Positions 1 through 10,700 of a DNA stretch of 64,000 nucleotides are shown in pieces; position 1 is the first letter of the stretch; each line of letters starts with the position of its first letter. This DNA comes from Amoebophrya sp. A120. Taxonomy: Eukaryota; Protista; Dinoflagellata. The DNA is taken from assembly GCA_905178155.1 (NCBI GenBank), contig CAJINV010000007.1, forward strand, positions 4,172,265-4,236,264, given 5' to 3'. Under the pieces are notes generated by a model, which made no database searches, was not told where the DNA came from, and was given only the letters and a program-made list of their open reading frames with translations. The translations under genes and the position numbers were made by a program.

Positions 1-877
1 TCCCCTTCAGCTGCGTCCAAGAACTTCGGCACCGGGAGCGCCTTTATGGGGGGCAAGAGCGGCATGTTCGGCGGTCTTCAAGGGAGAACGAAGCCTCCTG
101 GTCCTGTTTCGCCATCAGCGCCGAGCTATCGTGCCGCAAACAGTTCTTAGTGCTGCCGCCTCTATATCTGTCAATACCAATACAATAGTATTTTGAAAAA
201 GAAAATGGAGATGCTCAACAAGCTCATGGTTATGCAGCAGCTGATGCTGCATGAGCAGCGGCTCTATTGCATGATTGTCCACTCTTGATGCCACCGCGTC
301 CAATACGTCGACGTTAAAGCATCAAAAGAACGAGCTGACTACTTTAGCTTTACCTCAGAAGATGCATGTGGTGCATGGAGATGAACAGCAGCACTGCAAA
401 TTGTCATTGACAGCAAAGATGGCAGCGCTAGGCTACTTGAAATTTCCGACCGATACAGTCAACTTTGTTGGCAAAAAACCGCCCGGTGCGGCTTTCGGAG
501 GTGGTGGAGATTTGATCCCTGGCAGCATCATCCCTGGCAGCGTCGTTCCCGGCACCGTGGGAGGTCCGAAAGGTGGACGCTTTTCAACAGCAAAAGCAGG
601 TCCAGCTCCTCCGAAGGCGCTCGCGACCGGTGTGGGTCTGCAGGGCATCAACTTGAAGGCCCGGCCGAAAAAACGCATTTTGAAGCGACCTGGGGACCCC
701 CCGAGCCCGAAGAAGCGGATCAGTTGGCGCGACGGAGCGCAGTCGATGCGAATCGTCCCGGACAGGGTCCAAGATGGAATGCAGTTGCTCGGGGTCGAAG
801 CCCAGGTCGCCGCGGTGGAAGAGAGAAAGAACAATGAAGCCGGGGGTGGAATGATAGACGGAGAGTATGACGAGTGA
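1..877 (+). CDS. 3' part of a G/P/K-rich low-complexity protein (partial, starts upstream of window)
   Basis: Frame 1 is open from 1 to 147. A GT-AG intron at 143-431 joins it in frame to ORF 275-877 (…YLKFPTDTV…GEYDE*). Confidence 0.6.
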
Positions 878-1755
878 AAATGATGATGTGATGAACTGTC
901 GTTTCGTCCCTGAATTGGACTTGCATTTTTCGGCTTGTGCTCAACGCAGATTGATATTAACTATCTCGTCGACGTCATCGAAGATGGTGTGTCATTGAAG
1001 ATGAAAAAGGAAAAGCTGGATCTCGTTGTTCATCATGAAGCAGCGTCGGTGTTGTTTCACCTTTGACGTCGTTTAGTTTTGGCTCCGATGATGTACTCTT
1101 CATGTTCATGTCAAGCTCCTGAACAAAGTTGAGCAGAGCTACTGTAGATGATTCAGTCCGCGTGTCGATTATTTCCTAATTTTTAGGATAAAAGAACAAG
1201 GACAAGCACACCATTGTACTAGTACGTAGTTCGGTGACGGAGAGCGAGGCACCCAGTTGATTTCTCTCGGTTTTTTCCCCTCCATGACGTTGTCGATTCT
1301 GTTTTGCTCGGTTCGGCCAGCGTTGGTAGTTCATTGTCGGTTAGTTTTGCTGTGAAGAAATTCTATCTGCTTTATCTGTCGGTGCTGAAGTGAGCGACGT
1401 CTCCGGTTTTTTCGCAAGAAAATTTATTTTTTTCCGGCGTCAGGAACAAGATTGTGATTGACGCAGCGCATTCGGTTTTGTTTATTTGTGAATCTCTCTC
1501 ACATCGTGCAGTGCTGGTGCTTCTGATCTCCTCGCTTTTGTTCTTCCTTGTGCCAGTCTTGAATTTTACTCTTTGAATTTGCTCTGCGTAAGAACAGGTT
1601 CAGTTTTTCTGAGTTTCTTTTTCATCCCACTACAACATGCAATAGTACCCCGCAACAAAGACAAATTACCGCCCTGTAAAAATGCCTAATGGCTCTCCTG
1701 TACTAGGACAATACTTCCTCTAAGAGTCCCACGAGGAACAACGAACTCCAGCATC

Positions 1756-4700
1756 ATGGTCGACACCCTCCCCGACCTGATAGTCGAGGTTCCCGTGCAG
1801 GCGGCCTCGCTCCCGGAGGGCATCCTGGACGGCCGGTACAAGCATCTGAAGCAGAAGGTCAACCACAAAGATTGTTTTTTCTGTTCCGCTATGGATTGCA
1901 AAAGTGTCTGGGTGTGGAAGAATGAAACTTGTGATGCTGCATTTGGAGTCCAAAAAAATCTGTATTGCATGAGCAGCAGAGGGAAGGCAATTTTCGCTAC
2001 GCAGAGAGGGCATTTGTCATGCGGAATAGGCATCAAGAACCCAGCAAAAAATCTGTGATGCTAGGGCATGCATCACAGACATCCACCTGGCTCATGCAAC
2101 ACGTGCATGACAAGTCTCAGAATCTTCCAGACCCAGACACTTTTGCATTTGATATTCGCGAACGGCTTCTACCTGTACAGCATCGCCAACGCGTCCACCG
2201 GCAATGACAACTACGTGTTCGGCCGGAAGCTGAGCGGGCAAAACTCCTACATCGCCCGGATCGACTCCCCGGACGTGCTGCTCGGCGAGATTTACGTCTA
2301 CGATGAAAAGCAGAACGAGTTTGTGAAGAAGTCCGAGTCCTTCGACATTTGGGTGGACGGCGACGCGTTCCACGGCAACCGCCAGGCCAAGCACGACGTG
2401 TTCGCGCCCCAAGTTTTGCACTTCCAGTCGCCCTATCAAACGTAAAAATGTCTGGGTCTGGAAGGTTGCAACTTGTGGTGCTGTCTTTGGAAGGTAAAAA
2501 AAATCTGTATTGCATGACCAGCAAGAGGAGTTCAATTTGTGCTACGCGGAGTGGGCGTTTCTCATGCGGATTACGCATGAGAGGGCTCTTTAAAAATCTG
2601 TGCTGCTAGGTCATGCATTACAGGCATCGCGGGTCATGCTCATGCAAAATATGCATGACAAATCGCGCATTCTTCCAGACCCAGACACTTTTACATTTGA
2701 TACGCCCTTCGCGGACCTGAACGGGGGGTACGAAATCATCCCGAAAACCTGCTGCCAGCGACCGGTGTACTACTCGGAGGGGCTGCAGTATCCCACGAAA
2801 AAACTGCTTCACTGTGATGACTTTGCAAGATCTGCATCACAAGTTTGCTACACATGACACTGAAAATTTGTCATGCGCGCTTCCCAAGGGAAAACACGCT
2901 TGGAAATCCAATGCCTTGCAGGTGTAGCAAGACAAAGAGTTCTGTGTGCCATTTTCTGCATCACAAGTTCACAGTGAAACAGTTTTTTCTTGCGATATGC
3001 AGCTGTTCTTGATTTTCGTCGGCGAGAAGTGGGTGTGCACGCCGAATGACACGGTGAAGGACGGGTTTCTGTTCAAAGCCGAATCGGAAAAAACCGACCG
3101 GGTTTTTCCCACGGAATGCAACTGGCTCGACGGAAATGTCGTGGAGGAGGTACTTACAACTAGGGAATTCGTGATGTTGATGAATTCGGTGATTGTTTTG
3201 TGCATTAATAAATTCAACTATCGAAATCTATCTCGATTGCAAAAGAATATGCGCAATAACCTGCACGGGACGCAAAAATATCGTGTCAAAATAAACCCCA
3301 GGTTCTCCCACCCGCATTGGACCCGTGGTCGGCCGCCTCCGTTCCTATGGCATCGGTGATGCAACAGGCACAGGAGCTGCAACTTCTTGCGCAACAGGAT
3401 CATCATCTCGAGCAACAGCCAATGGCAGAACCGTCCGCAGGAGCCGCGCAACAAGTAGGGGACCAGCTGCAGGAGGCGCAATCTCCAGCTGCCGCCCGGA
3501 GGGTACCGTCATTGCAGGTCGTGGATCATGAAAGCGAGCAACCCGAAGGGATGGAAAAGGCAGGATTGGTTCCCGAAGCACCTGCCGAGGCAGCAGAAGC
3601 ACAAGGCGAAGAGGCTCGGGCGGCTGGCGAAGGAGGAAATGACGAGGCGGGTATGGCGGATGAAGAAAATAAAGATAGCGCGGGAGTAGAGGCGGAGAAG
3701 GAGAAGCCGGCATCAGAAAACGCTAAAAATGCAGCAGGTGAGGCTGAAGCAAAAGAGGACGCAAAGCCAGCAGCCGGGGAGGGAGAGCAGGCCGACGGCG
3801 GAGAGAAAAAGTCCGCTGAAGATGAAGAGACTACTACCAAGAAACCCGGGGAAGAACAAGAAGAGACCAAGGAGAATGACGACGCCAAGCCGGCGGAAGA
3901 TGTTGCACCAGAAGAAAACCAGCAGGACAGTAAAGACGACGCCGCAGGAGCTGCGGCGGGCAACGAGGAGGGAGAAGGCAAACCCGCAGTGGCCGAGGAG
4001 GGAGCTCAAGAGGAAGCACCAGCAGGCAATGGGGAGGAGAAAAATGAAGCAGAACAAGGCGCACCTGTTGCCGAAGGAGAAGACGCGACAGCTCCTGCAG
4101 CGGAAGAAGCAACGCCAGTCGGAGAAGATGAAAACACTGGTGGCGCAGACGCCGCAGCACAGGAAGCTATTCCGCTCCTTGTGGAACAAGATGAGCAGGG
4201 CAACGAGCAGAGTGAACAGCCAGCCAAGCCGGCGGACGAAATTCCGGTCGACGGCCCTGCCGTCGCACCCACGCTGTTGGAAGAAACGGATGACTCGAAC
4301 AAGAACGTGAAGACCCTCTCCTCGAAACAAGAAAACGCGAACAGTACCTTCGCGAATTTTTTAGCAGACGACAGGCAGCTACGAATGAGGAAATATGACC
4401 CGGCCTCCAATTGGTTCAAGCTTGTGTTGCGTGATGGAATTGTGCGCAAGCGCAACCGCAAGTTAGATAGTAGCACGCTGAAAAGTAGCTGCTCAAGCTC
4501 AATGCAATTTCGGAAGACAAGAAATTTGAGCGAAAAATAACGCACTGCCTTTTAATCTTCTCCTCTGACAAACTTGAATAACTGAAGAGGGCTGGAACAT
4601 ATTTCCATTGCATAGCAGCAAGTGTTGCTGTCCCAGGACACAGCTGATATCCCGGAAAACGTGGAGTACTATCACGGAAAGGACCTCTGCTACAGCACGA

Positions 4701-7700
4701 GACCGGCTCTGTTCGACGCAAATCTGCCCCCGACGGACCTCCTGTCACAAATCGCGAACAACGAGACTCTATCCACTGCGAAAAAACTTAAATTTGGGCT
4801 TTGGTCGTCTTCTGGAACAAGAAGTATGGAAGTGTCAGAATCGAAATTGACAAAGTCGAAAAATTTGTGATGCATAAAATCGATACCAGTTGGAGCCTCA
4901 GTTTCCAAGTGGCGCATACCAAATTTCGGGAGCGCCCAAATCCAGTCTGTCATGCTGTTTGGGCAAAGAAGACTGCTCCTGTCGTGCTACTCTGGCAGCA
5001 CCTTGCATACCTCTAAACAGGCTTGCAATTGGTCTCATTTGCCTGCTCCCCAATACAGGCCTTCAGTGCCCTACATTTTATGCATCACAGATTTTTCGAT
5101 TTTATCGATTTCGATCCTGACACATCCATAAGGAGGTTGCGGAACTTACTGTACTGGTGCAAGCTGAGTATTCTCGTTCTTCACTGCTACACTGCATGCA
5201 CTAGCAGCACTTAAATGCACTTTGATTTTCTTGTATGCACTCTTTTTTTCATAGATACACAACAAGTCGACATAAAGTTGGCCGAAAGTAAACTTGTCAA
5301 CATGCAGCCCTGAAGATTGTTCGTAGCGTCCCAACCAGTTACTTATTTCCAGAGGACCACCACGATAGAGCTCAGTATTTTTTTTTCCGTGCATAGACAA
5401 CTTCCTTGGCCGCCATCGCTTTGGTCGCGGAGTACCCTGGGTACGTGAAAGAAACCCTCGGCCCAAAGCCGCAACAGCCGGACGTGTTTGTCTCGGACAA
5501 CCATTCGCAGTCGGGGCTGAGCAAAGATGACAGGTACAGCGTGCGCCTGTTTGACTTCACGAAGAGCCAGTTTTTCACGATCACGCTTGACGACTTGATC
5601 CCCTGCAGCGGTGAGAAAAACTGGTACGACCGCCGGCCGGTCCCCGTTTTCTCCCAGCCCTGCGGCAACGAGCTTTTTGCGCTGTTGCTGGAAAAAGCGT
5701 TGGCCAAGTTGGCCGGAAGCTACGCGAATTTGTCCGGCGCGCCGTTAGTGTACTACCTGTCGGCCCTCACCGGAACGCAACCGACCACCCAAGAAGTGTG
5801 GGACTTGGTGCAGCCGAACCAGAATCTGAACGTATGCAGTGCAAAAGTATCGTAGTCGTATAAATACATTACAAATTTCCTCAGCATGAGAAATAGAATT
5901 TGTAATGCGGATTCACCCTAAGAAAAAAATTTGCAATGCATGATTGCAATACGAGTAGAGTACGAGTACGATACTTTTGCACAGGATAGAACGTGGTGAA
6001 AAACAAGATCATTCTTCCCGGTGGTGCACAACAAACTCCCCCGAACTGTTTTCCGCATGCCCTGTACACGAAGAAGGTCAGCAACGCAGAACTGAACTTC
6101 GACGACTTCTTCTCCACTGTGCTGCGCACGAATAAGAGCAAGCAAATCGTGTCCTGCGTGATTGCGCCGCGGGCGGGGGCGAGGAATCAACAAAAGAGGA
6201 GACCGGACGGGCTGGTGGAAGGCTTTCCGTACGCCTTGCTGGAGGTACTTCTTAATTGGAATTTCTACTAGCTCGTATCAATCTGTTGGTCATGGAAATC
6301 GATCCCGCACACACGTAACACGATCGCCCCAGATGACGCCTGTTCCTCAATGAAATGACAGTTCTGAATGACCTGAACTAGCCAGATCCTTAGGGAAATG
6401 GTCAGAATCTATCTAGATCCTAAAGGAAACTCTTCTCCATGTTCCGCGAATCCCCCAAATACTACGAAGGCAAAGCCGTCAGGATCGTAGTGAAATGAAT
6501 GGACTCAGCTCGGTCCAGGCGTTCAGAGTGGTCGCCCTGGGGGACTTGACTCCCGCCAGGGTCGAGCACCAATCTGAGCAGGTTGAGGGGTGGACTCCCA
6601 TGCTGTTTGGCCACTTGACTCTGTCCAGGTTTGGTCCTTTTGAATGTGATGAAGTTGGATGATTTGAACCTACAGGATGTAACGCAGCAAGAGACTTGCG
6701 TCACTTGCTTGCTTACTTGCAATTGAGAGAATTCATCGAATTGCTGTTGATAACGAGCTCAGTGGAGCAAGCGCGTGTAAGTGTGTGCGAGTGTTCTCAA
6801 GTCCATTAACACCACGCTACGCCTTGAGACTCAAACTGGCTCTTCTAGTCAGATAAGTTTATTTGAAATAATGGGCCAAGAGGCAAAGCTGGTGGAGAAG
6901 TTGTCCAGCGCGCAGGACTGGCGTGTCTGGCGTCGCGGGGTCACGAACGAGGTTTCTCGTCTCGGACTCCAGGAGTATTGGGATAATCGTCTTGCTGGTA
7001 ACCCACCGGGGATTCCGCAGGCGGCCAATACTGCCAATAACGCGATCCGGGAGAAGTGGCGCGACCTGAAGGATGCCATCTACAAGTCACGCACCGGGTC
7101 CGTGTCCACGTGGGTCAACAGTCAGCACTACATCAACGACGACGCTGCGCAACTGTTCATGCGTATTCGTGATGTTGGTCGCTTCAATGTTGCCTCCCGT
7201 GACCAGCAGCACATCAAGACCTCCTCGATCGACGCCATGCATTTCGACAACCGTGACGCGCCGAAGGATGCTCCGACGTTCCTGGCCCAGATCCTCGACT
7301 TTATGGTGATGGCGCCGAGTGTCTACGTCCCGGAGCCCGGGTGTCCGGTCGAAGATCATCATGTGAAGAACATTCTGGACAAGTTGCCCAAGATGTACGC
7401 GTCGGCCTTCCGCCAGACCATCGACCGCTGCGTGGACGAGTCCGATCACATCACCTTGCAGGAGATCGGGAACCGTCTCGAGAAGAAGCTCGCGCAGCTG
7501 GTCAAGGAAGGCTCGCACAAGATCGAGAGCCCGTCCTTCGGCAAGGCCTTCCCGGTCGTTGAGGAGAAGTCGAAGAAGACGAAGAAGGGAAATAAGCGTC
7601 AGAAAAATGACGATGATGATGAGGAGCCGGACTCCGCTGATGATGGTCAAAATGCTTCTGGCAAAGTGTTCTCGGCGAAAGCCTTGAAGCGCAAGATGGC

Positions 7701-10700
7701 CAAAGTGCGTAAGCAGACCGAAGCGAGTGCCCTGGCTGCCCATGGCCTGCCCCCGAAGGCTAACGCTAAGGGTGGAAGTGGCCAGAAAGGTGGTGGTAAG
7801 ACTGGTCGGAACCAGAGCACTCCCTGCAACACTGTGACCAAACCCAAATGCTGGATCTGTGGCAAGGAAAACCATAAGGCGGACCGTTGCCGCTGGAATC
7901 CTAACAATCAAGGGAAAGGTCAGTGGGGTGGTGCCTGGGGAAACCAGCAGCCGCAGTGGTGTCCGCCGGTGAGCCAGAGCCAGACGAACAACCAGAATCA
8001 AGGGCAGGGAGCCGGTGGAAAGCAGGGTGGTTGGGTCTGGCAAGGACCAGCCTGACCAGATGAAGGAGGAGTATTTATCTCGGAGTATGGTAGCTGTGTG
8101 CTGAATTTCGAGAATTTAGAAGATTTCGGTGTAGATTCTTCTAGCTGTTTTACTGCACAGACCAAGGACGCAGTGAGCTTGGTCGATTCATGTGCAAACA
8201 AGTATTTATCTAGACACGAATCGGATTTCATTGACATCTCGAGCAACGTCTGCCGCATCAACGGCACGGCCGGGGCTCGTGATGGTTTTGTAGGAAAACT
8301 GAAGGAAAACGCTCTAGGTTTGCCCTATGGCGTCTACTTCAAACACTTGCCAAGAGATATTGATCGCGTTCTTCCGTGGCTCGGTGAGGACAATCCCAGT
8401 GATCGTGGGTGGGATCTGAACTACAACAGCTCTGGTGGTTCCTTAGTCAACAGGGAATCCGGTCAGATGCTACCAATCAAGAACCACGAGAGGTTGACCC
8501 TCCCAGTCCTTGGGTGTGATCTTTTCGGGATGGGCCTCCGGGGTCAGGCGACTAGAGACACCGCGGAAGATATTGCATGCATTACAATCGAAGAAAGTAT
8601 TGCTAGTTGTCATCTTACTCGCCTAGAACAACATAGAAGATTCGGGCACTTTCACGTAGATGGTCTTAGTGTCCAGTGCCCTGAATGCGACAAAGCTAAA
8701 GGCGCAAGAAGCTCTCACGCCAAGGAGCGAGACACTAGTAATTACAAACCTGAACCATTGAAACTACTAGCGATGGATTTCGCGGTAGGTATTAAACCTG
8801 TATCGATTCGGTCACGCACCTGCGTGCTGGTGGTCATCTGTGATGCCATCAAGAAGTGTTTCTGGTTCCCTCTTAAGCTGAAAAGTGACTGCGTTGAGGT
8901 TTTGGAAGAAGTAATAAAAGGCATTCGCCAGAAATACGCTTTGACCCTCGAGGACAAAGTGGTGTGGTTCGTCCGTCGGGACAATGAGCCAGTTCTGGGC
9001 AGTGACTCCATGACCAAGGTCATGCAATCGCTGCGGGTCGGTGATGCTCCTACGGTTCCCTACAACCCAGAGCAGAACGGAACCTGCGAACGCTTTACGC
9101 GGACCATATTCGGCGCTGTGCGTGCGATGTTGGTGAACGTGGACAAGCGTCTGTGGTGCTACTCGGTCGAGTACGCTGCAGCATGCTGGGACCGCCTTCC
9201 GCATAAGTATAGCAAAGTGCCTGAGTACGACGGAAAGACTCCGGCAGAGATTCTAGATGAGAGAACTGGCAGAAACAGTTCAAAAGTTGGCACAAGGATG
9301 CTAGGGCGTTTTGGTTGTCTCGTTTATTTTCGTGAACAAGTCAAGAAAGGCGAAGCTCATGAAGCTCCTGAGGGGGGAGTAGAGGTGGTTGCTCCAAAGC
9401 TGTCCGCGCCATTTCGTCGTGGTGTATTTCTCGGCCTTTGTCCTAAGTCTTCGGGCTGGCGGGTTGGGACGTACGTCACGGACGGCCGGCCCGCCGCGGG
9501 ACGTCGTTGGATGGAGTATTCTACCATCGACGTCAAGTTCCGTGAGGAGTGCCTCGTGAAGAATATTGAAGACCTAGCTCCTAACTCCAAAGGTATCTAC
9601 GTCGAGTGCGACGCAATCGAGGCCCTACCTAGTGGAGCGCCGTGTGCGCCATCTCTCCCGTGCGTCGGTCCTGAAATCGGGGCTGTGCGTCGGCTGGGGG
9701 TGGATGTCTCGGAGCACACTGGTAGGCAGCCTGACGGTCCTGAGACGTTAGTGATTGAGAGTGTGGATTGGGAAGATGATCCGGGCCAGATACATCCCGA
9801 GCCTGAAGGTGTTAAACCTGAGGAGGGGAATCTGGACGATCACCCCACTCACAGCAGCTTATCGAGTCCAAGAAAGGTGAGCCCGTCTCCGGCGCGGATT
9901 GTGGCTGGCAACCGCAACTCCAAGCCGCGAGGGCGTGGCCGCCCCAAAGGGAGAAAGGACACGAGAAAGCGCGTGAGACGTACACGAAAAGAGCTCGACG
10001 CACTAAAGAAAGACGCGAGTGCGTTTGCCGCAGCAATAGCAGCGCAGGATGATCGAGAGGAAGGTGAGGAATTCCTTGACGTCCAGCGTTACTTGACTAC
10101 ATCGGCCAAGTTGGATCCCGCTCGTTGCAAAGACTCAGTCGAATGGAACGCAGCAACCAACAAGGAAGATTGTAGACTTGAAGCCTATAAAGTGTGGGAG
10201 CCAGCTACTGACGAGGAGCTAGCGACCGCAAAACAGGTTTTGCCTATTGCTATCCTTCTTACCGAGAAGCGTGACGGTACGAAGAAAGCGCGAGCAGTAG
10301 CACTCGGGAATCTAGATCGTTCGGGCGAGCTGGACACTTTCGCTCCTGTTGTGTCCCATGCCGCTAACAGGTTACTTCTAGCCGCTGCAGCCGCAGATGG
10401 TGATGATGTGATCCCGTTCGACCTTGATAGTGCGTTTCTCAGTGCCTTACTTGATCGCGATGTCTTCTGCCGCTTGCCACCCATCTGGGCGAAAAAGCAC
10501 GGCGTGGAGATTGTCAAGCTCAAGAAAGCGCTTTACGGCTTGAAAGACGCCCCCAGGCTCTGGCATAAGAAGTATGAGGAAGTACTGACCAAGCTAGGTT
10601 GGGAACCCTGTCCCTCTGCGCCAGGTCTGTGGAAGAAACCGAGCTTGGAACACCCTGGGAAGTTTCTGAAGTTGGCAGGGTATGGCGACGATAATCTTAT

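Noticed and set aside
1892-2152. Tc1/mariner-type TA target duplication for the introners
   Set aside because: TA belongs to the TIR. A separate 5-nt repeat lies outside it, and removing the core plus one TA breaks the frame.
6462-6722. Duplicated small ORFs (6462/12149; 47617/55143) and recurring peptides such as PDPDTF or AKVSYSY
   Set aside because: These are translations of LTRs, split repeats and introner TIRs, not genes.
7087-8043. 318-aa minus-strand ORF (and other antisense ORFs such as 36233-37081 and 3713-4330)
   Set aside because: These are antisense shadows of GC-rich + strand coding sequence with no recognisable motifs.
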